A stretch of 64,000 nucleotides of DNA from Eubacteriales bacterium (lineage in GTDB: Bacteria; Bacillota; Clostridia; Oscillospirales; CAG-382), in assembly GCA_045577455.1 (NCBI GenBank), contig JAZNIJ010000160.1, positions 9,605 through 73,604 of the forward strand. Direction: 5' to 3'. The position numbers were made by a program, and so were the translations under genes. The notes beneath the pieces were generated by a model. That model saw only the letters and a program-made list of their open reading frames with translations, was not told the origin of the DNA and did no database searches. This document shows, piece after piece, positions 14,544-23,900 of the stretch (within the stretch, counting starts at the first letter, position 1; every line of letters starts with the position of its first letter).

Positions 14544-15911
14544 ATGATACATCAATATAAATTCGACAATTTGAATATTGTTCTTGACATATGCTCCGGC
14601 TCCGTTCATGTTGTTGATGAGGTTGCATATGATATAATTTCCATGTACGAAACCGCATCAAAAGAAGAAATAATTAAAAATATATCTGCAAGATACCCTG
14701 ATGTTACAGAAGGGGATATTCTTGAATGTTTAGAGCAGATAGAGGAACTGAAAGCGGAAGAGCTTCTTTTCGCGCCTGACACATTTGAAAATATGGCAGG
14801 TGAGCTTAAGCAAAAAACTTCGGGAGTTGTTAAGGCACTTTGCCTTCATGTTGCCCACACCTGCAACCTTAACTGTGCATACTGTTTTGCAAGTCAGGGT
14901 AAATACAAGGGCGAAAGGGCAATAATGTCCCTTGAAGTTGGAAAGCGTGCTTTGGATTTTCTTATCGAAAATTCGGGAACAAGGCATAACCTTGAAGTTG
15001 ACTTTTTTGGCGGTGAGCCACTTATGAATTTTGATATGCTGAAAGAGCTTGTTGCATACGCTCGCTCCATAGAAAAACAGCATAACAAAAATTTCAGATT
15101 CACATTAACAACAAACGGTTTGAATATCAATGACGAGGTTATAGAGTTTGCCAATAAGGAAATGTCCAATGTTGTTCTCAGCTTAGACGGACGAAAAGAG
15201 ATTCACGACAGATTCCGTGTTGACTACAACGGAAAGGGTAGCTGGGAAAGAATTGTTCCAAAATTCCAGAAGCTGGTTCAGGCAAGGGGCGGTAAGGATT
15301 ACTATATGCGTGGCACATTTACCCACGCTAACCCCGATTTTTTAAAGGACATAAGGGAAATGTTAAGGTTGGGGTTCAACGAGCTTAGCATGGAACCTGT
15401 TGTCTGTGCATCGGGCGACCCGTCGGAGCTTACTGCAGAGGATATGCCAATTGTTATGAAGCAGTATGAAGATTTGGCAAGATTGATGATAGAACGCAGA
15501 AAAGAGGGTAGACCCTTCACATTCTATCATTATATGATTGACCTCAAAGCAGGCCCTTGCATTTATAAACGCATATCGGGTTGCGGTTCGGGTACAGAAT
15601 ATATGGCTGTTACACCTTGGGGCGACCTTTACCCATGCCATCAGTTTGTTGGTGATGAAAAATTCAAATTGGGCGATATCTGGAACGGTGTTACCAACGG
15701 TGGAATAAGAAACGAATTTATGTCCTGTAATGTTTATGCAAGGGAAGAATGTAAGGACTGCTGGGCAAAGCTCTATTGTTCAGGCGGCTGTGCCGCAAAT
15801 GCATACCACGCAACCGGCTCTGTTAAAGGGGTTTACAAATACGGCTGTGAGCTTTTCAAAAAGCGTATGGAATGTGCCATAGCGGTTGCCGCTTCCGAGG
15901 AAGAAGAATAA
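14544..15911 (+). CDS. scfB: SCIFF radical SAM maturase (SPASM domain)
   Basis: CNLNCAYC (CX3CX2C) radical-SAM cluster. C-terminal CKDCWAKLYCSGGCAANAYH SPASM cysteines. Adjacent to scfA. Confidence 0.9.
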   Translation: MIHQYKFDNLNIVLDICSGSVHVVDEVAYDIISMYETASKEEIIKNISARYPDVTEGDILECLEQIEELKAEELLFAPDTFENMAGELKQKTSGVVKALCLHVAHTCNLNCAYCFASQGKYKGERAIMSLEVGKRALDFLIENSGTRHNLEVDFFGGEPLMNFDMLKELVAYARSIEKQHNKNFRFTLTTNGLNINDEVIEFANKEMSNVVLSLDGRKEIHDRFRVDYNGKGSWERIVPKFQKLVQARGGKDYYMRGTFTHANPDFLKDIREMLRLGFNELSMEPVVCASGDPSELTAEDMPIVMKQYEDLARLMIERRKEGRPFTFYHYMIDLKAGPCIYKRISGCGSGTEYMAVTPWGDLYPCHQFVGDEKFKLGDIWNGVTNGGIRNEFMSCNVYAREECKDCWAKLYCSGGCAANAYHATGSVKGVYKYGCELFKKRMECAIAVAASEEEE

Positions 15912-17355
15912 AGGCGGTGTTTTTATCAACACACCAATACATGATTTTTTAATTGAATACGAAAAAAACAACCCTGTAAGGTTACATATGCCGGGTCATA
16001 AAGGGGTTGATTTCACAGGATTTGAAAAATATGACATAACGGAGATATGCGGTGCAGATTCTCTTTTTGAGGCAGAGGGAATAATTGCAAGGAGCGAGGA
16101 AAACGCAAGCGGACTTTTTGGTTGCCACACCTTTTATTCCACAGAGGGTTCGTCTTTGTCAATCCGTTCAATGCTGTATCTTGCAACGAGGGGAGTAAAA
16201 AATCCCTTGATTCTTGCAGGGAGAAACGCTCATAAAACTTTTTTAACTGCATCGGCTCTCGTTGGCTTTGATGTGAGATGGATTTATCCCACAGATGATG
16301 GGAGTTATCTTGCTTGCAATGTTACATCAAGTGATATTGAGAGGGAAATATTGTCCCTTGCAGAAAAACCAACTGCCGTTTATCTCACAAGCCCCGATTA
16401 TTTGGGAAACATACTTGATATAAAAAGCATATCCGAAGTTTGCAGAAAATATGGTGTGCTTTTACTTGTTGACAATGCTCACGGTGGGTATCTTAAATTT
16501 TTGTCTACCTCCCTTCATCCAATGGATTTGGGTGCGGATATGTGTTGCGATTCAGCGCATAAAACCTTGCCAACCCTTACAGGTGGTGGGTATTTGCATA
16601 TATCAGAAGGGTTTGCAGAGAAAAATCTCCTTTTTGGTAATGCATCAGAATCAGAAAAAAGAAGATACATATCCGGAATAGTAAAAGAGGGAATGTCAAT
16701 TTTTGCTTCAACAAGTCCATCATATCTTATTTTACATTCTCTTGATTTAACAAATAAATATTTAACTAAGCTCCCCGAATTGCTGTCTTTGTATATACCA
16801 AAGGTTGAGCAGTTTAAAAAATACCTTTTGGAAAAAGGTTTTTCCCTTGTTGGAAAAGAACCGTTAAAGGTAACAATAAGCGGAAAAAATTTTGGTTATT
16901 CAGGAGCTTGGCTTGGTAAACTTTTGGAAAAAAACAATATTTTCCCCGAATTTTACGATGATGACTTTTTGGTTCTTATGTTCACACCACAAACAGATTG
17001 TTTTGATGAGCTGAAAAACATTTTTGACAGTGTGGATTTAAACAGTGTGGAGTGTGGAGTTGACAATTCAGACAGTGGGGAGTGCGGAGAGTGGAGTTGT
17101 CAATTGCGAATTGCCGGCAGTAAGCATCCGCAAAGGGCTATGACACCAAGAGAAGCGTTGCTTTCCAAAAAAGAGCTTATTGATGTGAGGGATGCAAAGG
17201 GGCGTATACTTGCGTCTCCGTCGGTTGGCTGTCCTCCTGCTGTGCCAATTGCCGTATGCGGTGAATTGATGGACGAAGAAACGGTAAAACTTTTCTTGAA
17301 ATATGGCGTTGAAGCTGTATTTGTTGTTTGTAAGCAAGATAATAGCTATATATAA
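15886..17355 (+). CDS. Orn/Lys/Arg decarboxylase-family PLP enzyme
   Basis: HMPGHKG N-terminal signature, DSAHKTL (PLP lysine), and the C-terminal domain ...PPAVPIAVCGE. The TTG start at 15886 overlaps the scfB end, so the start is uncertain. Confidence 0.75.
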   Translation: MPLPRKKNKGGVFINTPIHDFLIEYEKNNPVRLHMPGHKGVDFTGFEKYDITEICGADSLFEAEGIIARSEENASGLFGCHTFYSTEGSSLSIRSMLYLATRGVKNPLILAGRNAHKTFLTASALVGFDVRWIYPTDDGSYLACNVTSSDIEREILSLAEKPTAVYLTSPDYLGNILDIKSISEVCRKYGVLLLVDNAHGGYLKFLSTSLHPMDLGADMCCDSAHKTLPTLTGGGYLHISEGFAEKNLLFGNASESEKRRYISGIVKEGMSIFASTSPSYLILHSLDLTNKYLTKLPELLSLYIPKVEQFKKYLLEKGFSLVGKEPLKVTISGKNFGYSGAWLGKLLEKNNIFPEFYDDDFLVLMFTPQTDCFDELKNIFDSVDLNSVECGVDNSDSGECGEWSCQLRIAGSKHPQRAMTPREALLSKKELIDVRDAKGRILASPSVGCPPAVPIAVCGELMDEETVKLFLKYGVEAVFVVCKQDNSYI

Positions 17356-17376
17356 AAAATATATGAGGAAAAATAT

Positions 17377-19116
17377 ATGAAAAATTCAAAACATTTGTTT
17401 CATAGCAAGTCGAAAGAGTTGGAAAATCATAACGAAGAATTGGTTGATGCCAATTCCCATACCCATATGCATAAAGAACATAATTTTTCAAAGTCTGCCC
17501 TTGCTCTTGCCCTTGCAATGGCAATTCCGCTTAGTGGATGCGGTGGAGATAACACCGATGATTCGTCGAGCGAGCAACCTGCAATTTCAGAAGAAATTTC
17601 TGATGAAGTTAATGTTTCCGAAGATGCAACTGCTTCTGAAGATGCAACTGCTTCTGAAGATGTAACTGCTTCTGAGGATGTAACCGTTTCTGAGGATGTA
17701 ACTGTTTCTGAGGATGTAACTGTTTCTGAAGATGTTTCCGAAGAAGTGAGCGACGAGCCGTCAGTAGGTACAGGTATCACCCTCAGTGAGAAAAACGGCA
17801 GTGTAACTCTTGAACCGACGGAGATAACTCTTGATAAATCAACTCTTTCACTCTCTGTAGGTGGAAAGGGGACATTAAGCACAACCGTTAAATACGAAAC
17901 AGCAACAGTGACCTTTACGGCAACAACTCAGAACGGTGAAGCGGTAACCGTTATAACGGATAACGAAAATGTTGCAACTGCTGTTGTGAAAGCAAACGGA
18001 AATGTAAACGAAATAACCGTAACCGCAAAAAGCAAGGGAAAAGCAACAATTAAAGTAACATCGGGTGGAGCGACTGCAAAATACATTCTTACAGTTAGTG
18101 AAAATAATGCTGTTGAGTGGACAAGCTCGTCGGCATCCGTTGCAACGGTTTCAAACGGTTCAGTGAGTGGAAAATCAAGTGGCAGTGCAGTGATTACCGC
18201 AAAAACCAAAAACGGAAAAACGGCAAGTTGCAATGTTACAGTTACAGCAGAAGAAAAAAGCTTTGAGCTTGGTGACGGTGTTAACGCTAAAATCACAGGC
18301 ACTACCTTGACAATAAGCGGAAACGGATCAATGCCCGACTATTCCAAATGGGCAAAAACCCCTTGGAAGGATGCAAAAATCAAGAATATCGTTATTGACA
18401 GCGGAGTAACGGGAATCGGTGACAGAGCGTTTATGGGATGCACAACGCTGGAAAGCGTAACGATACCCGAAACTGTAACAAAAATAGGGTGGCACGCGTT
18501 CAGCGATTGTTCTTCCCTTAAGAGTATACTTATACCCAAAAGTGTAACAAGTATCGGTTCTTCCTGCTTTGAATATTGCAGTGGACTTGAAAGCATAACC
18601 GTAGACAAGGGTAACCCTGTATATTGCAGTGAGGGTAACTGCTTGTATATTTTAGCAACAAAAATTTTGATTTACGGTTGTAAAAACAGCGTTATACCGT
18701 CAAATGGAAATGTAACGAGAATAGGTGATGACTCTTTCCGTGGTTGTTCGTCCCTTAAGAGCATAACTATCCCCGAAACAATTGAGAGTATCGGCTGGTA
18801 TGCGTTTTGCGACTGTACGTCACTTTCAAAAATAACGCTTCCTCAATCCCTTGAGAGTATAGACGATAGTGCGTTTTACGGTTGTACGGCGCTTAAAAGT
18901 ATTACCATACCAAAAAATGTGTCAACAATTATGTTCGGAGCGTTCTGGGGCTGTTCGGCACTTGAATCCGTAACATTTGAGAATACGGAAAATTGGTATG
19001 TGACCAAAACGGAACATTCCAAAAAGGGCGAGGATATAGCTGTTGAAGATAAATCCAAAATGGCTAAATGGCTTACAGATACATATTTTGAATATTATTG
19101 GTACAGAAAAAAATAA
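17377..19116 (+). CDS. lipoprotein with Big_2-like domains and a BspA-type leucine-rich-repeat (LRR_5) module
   Basis: Lipobox LSGC after a hydrophobic stretch. (SEDxTx)n repeat. Repeated ...SVTIPxxVTxIGxxAFxxCxxL... units. Ends with the WYVTKT...YYWYRKK module tail. Confidence 0.8.
   Translation: MKNSKHLFHSKSKELENHNEELVDANSHTHMHKEHNFSKSALALALAMAIPLSGCGGDNTDDSSSEQPAISEEISDEVNVSEDATASEDATASEDVTASEDVTVSEDVTVSEDVTVSEDVSEEVSDEPSVGTGITLSEKNGSVTLEPTEITLDKSTLSLSVGGKGTLSTTVKYETATVTFTATTQNGEAVTVITDNENVATAVVKANGNVNEITVTAKSKGKATIKVTSGGATAKYILTVSENNAVEWTSSSASVATVSNGSVSGKSSGSAVITAKTKNGKTASCNVTVTAEEKSFELGDGVNAKITGTTLTISGNGSMPDYSKWAKTPWKDAKIKNIVIDSGVTGIGDRAFMGCTTLESVTIPETVTKIGWHAFSDCSSLKSILIPKSVTSIGSSCFEYCSGLESITVDKGNPVYCSEGNCLYILATKILIYGCKNSVIPSNGNVTRIGDDSFRGCSSLKSITIPETIESIGWYAFCDCTSLSKITLPQSLESIDDSAFYGCTALKSITIPKNVSTIMFGAFWGCSALESVTFENTENWYVTKTEHSKKGEDIAVEDKSKMAKWLTDTYFEYYWYRKK
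17617..17739 (+). repeat. 18-bp coding tandem repeat (SEDATA/SEDVTV), about 6.8 units
   Basis: tccgaagatgcaactgct and its variants, repeated head to tail. Confidence 0.85.
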
Positions 19117-19117
19117 T

Positions 19118-19150
19118 CAGGCAGAGCAAGCGGGCTTTGCCTGCTTTTCT
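19118..19150 (+). terminator. intrinsic terminator
   Basis: CAGGCAGAGC-aagcgg-GCTTTGCCTG followed by CTTTTCTG. Confidence 0.7.
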
Positions 19151-19178
19151 GTGATAAATAAATATAAAAGAGGTAAAA

Positions 19179-20444
19179 ATGAACAGTTTTTTTGAATTTG
19201 GAATAAGCGATAAAGTATATAAAATGGGAGAAGTGGCTTTAGATAGATTAAAGACACGCTTTGACGAAATAGACAGGATAGCGGAAACAAATCAGGCAAA
19301 GGTAATAAGGGCAATGCAGGATGCAAAGGTGGGAGCCCATTGCTTTGTGCCGTCAACGGGTTACGGTTATGATGATTTGGGCAGAGATACCCTTGAAGCG
19401 GTATATGCCAACTGCTTTAGAACAGAAGCCGCCCTTGTGCGCCCTCAGATTACCTGCGGAACCCACGCAATAGCAACGGCGCTTTCCGCAAATCTTCTCC
19501 CTGGTGACGAGCTTTTCTCACCCGTTGGCAGACCTTATGACACATTGGAATCGGTTATAGGGCTTCGTCCGTCTCCTTGTTCACTTATGGAAAACGGTGT
19601 TACATACAGAGAGGCAGAGCTGTTGCCCGACGGTAGCTTTGATTATGATGCAATTCGTAAATGTATAAACGAAAAAACAAAGGTTGTAACTATTCAGCGT
19701 TCAAAGGGGTATAAAATGCGCCCCACATTTTCCGTTGAGCAGATAGGGGAGCTTATTGCTTTTATTAAAAGTATAAAGTCGGATGTTATATGCTTTGTTG
19801 ATAACTGCTACGGTGAATTTGTTGAGCTGAAAGAGCCAACTGAGGTTGGTGCAGATATTATGGCAGGTTCACTTATTAAAAACCCTGGCGGCGGTCTTGC
19901 TGCAAGCGGTGGATATATCTGCGGTAAGAAAGAGCTTATAGAGAGATGCGGCTATCGTCTTAATGCCCCCGGGTTAGGGTTAGAGGTAGGTATAAACTTC
20001 GGTATACTTCAGTCCCTTTATCAGGGCTTGTTTTTCGCTCCAACAGTGGTTGCTTCTGCGGTTAAGGGTGCTATATTTGCCGCAAATGTGTTTGAACCGT
20101 TGGGGTATGAATCTGTTCCGAATATGACAGAATCAAGGCACGATATTGTTCAGTCCATAAGGTTGGGAACACCTGAAAAGGTTATCGCTTTCTGTCAGGG
20201 AATACAGGCAGCAGCCGCAGTTGATAGCTATGCTTCACCAATCCCTGGCCCTATGCCGGGGTACGATAGCGAAGTAATAATGGCGGCAGGAGCGTGTATA
20301 CAGGGCTCGTCTATTGAGTTGACCGCCGACGCTCCAATGCGTGAGCCGTATGCAGTGTATTTCCAAGGCGGACTCACATTTGCCCACGCAAAATTGGGCA
20401 TACTTATGGCTTTGCAAAAGGTTTTGGAAATAGATGAGAAGTAA
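19179..20444 (+). CDS. methionine gamma-lyase-family PLP protein (YnbB / aluminium-resistance family)
   Basis: N-terminal EIDRIAETNQAKVIRAMQDAKVGAHCFVPSTGYGYDDLGRDTLEAVYA and ...IQRSKGY... are typical of this family. Confidence 0.8.
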   Translation: MNSFFEFGISDKVYKMGEVALDRLKTRFDEIDRIAETNQAKVIRAMQDAKVGAHCFVPSTGYGYDDLGRDTLEAVYANCFRTEAALVRPQITCGTHAIATALSANLLPGDELFSPVGRPYDTLESVIGLRPSPCSLMENGVTYREAELLPDGSFDYDAIRKCINEKTKVVTIQRSKGYKMRPTFSVEQIGELIAFIKSIKSDVICFVDNCYGEFVELKEPTEVGADIMAGSLIKNPGGGLAASGGYICGKKELIERCGYRLNAPGLGLEVGINFGILQSLYQGLFFAPTVVASAVKGAIFAANVFEPLGYESVPNMTESRHDIVQSIRLGTPEKVIAFCQGIQAAAAVDSYASPIPGPMPGYDSEVIMAAGACIQGSSIELTADAPMREPYAVYFQGGLTFAHAKLGILMALQKVLEIDEK

Positions 20445-20549
20445 GTGATGGGTGATAGGTGATAAGTGATAAGTGGTAAGTGGTAAGTGATAAGTGATAA
20501 GTGGTAAGTGGTAAGTGGTAAGTGATAAGTGATAAGTGATAAGTGTTGA
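20445..20549 (+). repeat. GTGATAA/GTGGTAA heptamer array, 15 units
   Basis: Starts immediately after the TAA stop at 20442-20444. Units are gtgatgg gtgatag gtgataa gtgataa gtggtaa ... Confidence 0.95.
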
Positions 20550-20634
20550 GCTTGAAGCTGACAAGCACAGAAGTTACCAAGCTACAGTACAACGCATAGC
20601 GAAATAAAGTTTTTGGGTGTGGGTGTGCTGGCAA
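20550..20634 (+). repeat. composite intergenic repeat, short copy (E1)
   Basis: ...gcagaagttacc...acgcatagcgaaataaagtttttgggtgtgggtgtgctggca. Shares its core with E2-E6. Confidence 0.75.
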
Positions 20635-20691
20635 GTGATAAGTGATAAGTGATAGGTGATAAGTGGTAAGTGATAAGTGGGAAGCTGATAA
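20635..20691 (+). repeat. GTGATAA heptamer array, about 8 units
   Basis: gtgataa gtgataa gtgatag gtgataa gtggtaa gtgataa gtgggaa gctgata. Confidence 0.9.
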
Positions 20692-20924
20692 GTGCAGAAG
20701 TTACCTTTATTTCGTTGCTATTTTGAACGAGATATATGTCTCAAACCCACTTTTGGCAGTTTCGGACGATATTATACCAAGTTGCAACACAACGCATAGC
20801 GAATAAAAGTTTTTGGGTGTGGGTGTTTTTTCAAAAACACCCACGAAGCTCTCGTTGAGTCGAACACCCACGAAACCCACACTTTGATACCCACGAAACT
20901 ATCGTTAAGTCGAAAAACTAAAAA
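20692..20924 (+). repeat. composite intergenic repeat, full copy (E2)
   Basis: gttacctttatttcg...cccacttttggcagtttcggacgatattatacc...acgcatagcgaataaaagtttttGGGTGTGGGTGTTTTTTCAAAAACACCCAC, followed by CACCCACGAAA subrepeats. Confidence 0.8.
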
Positions 20925-20942
20925 ATGGAGGAATGTACATTT

Positions 20943-23900
20943 ATGCAAAGGAAAAACATGAAAAAAATATCTGTTCTGTTGCTTTTCAGCATTTTAATTT
21001 CCTTGTTTTCCAATGTTGTTTCAGCGTTAAAAGTAAACGGTGAAGCCGTGGAAAGCGTTGGACAAGCTACGCAACAGGATGTGACAATTGGTGAGATTTC
21101 GCAAGATGAAACCCTTGAAACGGGTGATAATGCTGAAGGATTTTTAGCAAACAGCACCTTTAGGTATGGAGTAACACCTGAAAATGATGTTACCTTGTTG
21201 ATGAGTGAAAAAACGGTTTTTTCTGAGTTTAAACAAAAACTCGGTTCAGATAAGGTGCTGAATATCACAAGAGACGGCAGTGAAATACCGTCAGACGATA
21301 TTATCAGAACAGGAGATATTATTTCAATTAACGGTGAAGAATCCATAGCCGAGGTTATTGGGGACGTTGACGGAGACGGCATTATAACTTCAACGGATTA
21401 TCTTCAGATAAAAAAATACTTTCTTAAAACCTTCGACCTTGAAGGTGCGTATTTTTCGGCAGGAGATACGGACAATAACGGTAATATAAATTCAACCGAC
21501 TATATTCAGGTTAAATCATACTTTTTAAAGATTTATAACTTTTTTGAGGTTGAAACAGAGATTGAGGAAACATTGGCAGAAGAAATGTTTCTTCCCAAAT
21601 GTGGCAATGATTTTTCGTTCCTCGTGAATTTCAACGGCAGTTTGTCGGAGCTTTTGGAAAATGTAAAAGTATATCATGTTGTTGATGATGTAAATATACC
21701 TGTAAATTACTCTGTGGCTGTTGACGGTGAATCTGTTTATAGAATCTCACCTGAAACTACATATGAAAATTATGAGATATATACGGTAGAATTGTCGGGA
21801 GACGCTTCTTTTGTCGATTACAAAGCCAAAAGTATAACTTTTGAAGTTGGCGGCCCCGATAAAGAAAATATTGACTTCGAAAATAATATAATCTTTTTGA
21901 AGAATTTAGAGAGTTTAAGCCCGGGTTATTATCCTTATACAATAAGCTTTGACGAAGAAAAAGAGCTGTATACCCTCACTCTTTCCAAGGGGGACGGATT
22001 TACAGACGAGCTTATAGGAAAAATATTAGCCGTTGGAGATTATTCATCTGAAGCAGAGGTGTTGGCTGATTCTTCAAAGGAGCTTTACTTTGGTAAAATT
22101 CAAAAAATATATCAGTCAGGCAAAAGCACAATTGTTGAAATGACAGCTCCTGAACTTGACGAGCTTTTTGCAACCCTTGATGTGTTTACAAATCAGTATT
22201 CGGGTGATATGGCAATTGAGTTTAATGAAGATTTAGAAAACGAAATTGTTGGAGCAATTCAGGAAAGTGATGCATTTGTTGAGCATATCGCAGCAGCAAA
22301 CCTTGCGGCTAAAGATTATGCACTTGAACATGGCGTTGTTGCCGTGGATTTGGTTGGAAAATCCTTTAAGGATTATTTCGATTTTGAATTAACAAAAAAA
22401 GAGTTCATGCATCATGACGGTGGATATTGTACAGTGGATATTGAAGGGAAGCTCACTTGTACTATTCCTTTGAAAACAACAGGCGGTACGGATGTAGGCA
22501 GTATAAAAATCACTTGCACCGCAGGTATAAAGTCTGATATCTGGTTTTACGGTCATTGTAATACCAAAGATATGCATTTGGGAGTTACAACCAAAACAAC
22601 CGTAACTCTTGGTTTTAACTTAACGATTAAAGCAGAAGCATCTTTAAATGATGAGATGCACTATTATGTAAACAGAACAACGAAAACCATACATACATCA
22701 ACTTGCCGTTATGTTGAGAAAGTGATAGATGTATCTCATATGGATGTATACACAGCAAAGGCATTGCTGAATCTATACCCCGATATGGATGCAATGAAAA
22801 AAGACGAGTGTAAAGTATGTAAGGCAGTATCGGGACTTGATGGCACAGCGTATGTTCTTAATATCAGCTCAAATACATTGCATTGCCTGAACTGTATACA
22901 TGTCACCACCATAGCAAACCACAATGTTTTTGAAATATATCCCGAGCACGTAGACGGTTATAATCTTTGCGAGGATTGCAAGCCGCAGGAAAGAGAAGCA
23001 AAAGACTTTGAACAGAGAATGCTTAACAGAATGCAGGGCGGCGATTGGGCGGCAGAGGTGGAAAAGCTCCGTTCGTTAATGCAAAACAGCGGAAACGCAT
23101 CTAACGGAAACGGCAAAGGAATGGATATAGGCGAAGTGCCGTTTAAGTTCTTAGGTGTTTTCGATTTCAGATTAACGTTAGAGCTTGTTTGTAACTTTGA
23201 CCTTGAAGCAACTATCGATTGTTCTTTTACCTTCTATTCGGAAGACCAATTTGGCGTCAGAGTAGACCATAAAAATTCAAGTACATATCATAATCAGGTT
23301 GATAAATGGGATAAAAAAACAATTGATGTAACGGGCAAGGTTGACCTTGAATTAGGGTTGAATATCCATATAAACGCAAGTATAATAGGTCTCAAGGATT
23401 GCATAAGCGTATATTTGGATGCAGGAACAGGTGTGTATGCAATGCTTTCGGGCGTTTTGCATTTTGAAAGCGGAACTGCGGAAAACTTGGATAATTATTA
23501 TGCCGCTTATTTTGAAATGGGATTCTATTATGATATTAGTGGCGGTTTCAAGCTCTTTAAATGGGGTAAAGAAATAACTATCATAGAAGGCAGAGTTCCT
23601 ATTTTGCAACGTGGTTATGAGAGAGCATATTATTCTTTTGAAAATTATGCTCCAACTTTGGATATCACTTTTAATTATACCCATTTGGGAAATACCGATG
23701 TTTTAGGCGTTGAATACTTCAATGTAAAAGAGTTGAAAAAAGAAACAGCAAAGTTAAACCCCGAAGGCGACGCACAGTATTATGTGAAATACGCTTTCAA
23801 AAATGCAGACGGAACAATAAATCCATATTTCAGTTACGGTCAGGGTGGTATCAAGATTTCCGACGATGCACCCAAAACATTTACCGCATATATGGAAATT

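Noticed and set aside
20235-20634. ORFs encoding TYHLSL/ITYHL repeats (20235..20564, 20404..20634; also 27412..27594 and 50434..50802).
   Set aside because: They are translations of the antisense or sense strand of the GTGATAA heptamer arrays. The 7-nt period rotates the frame, and the sense strand has stops in all frames.
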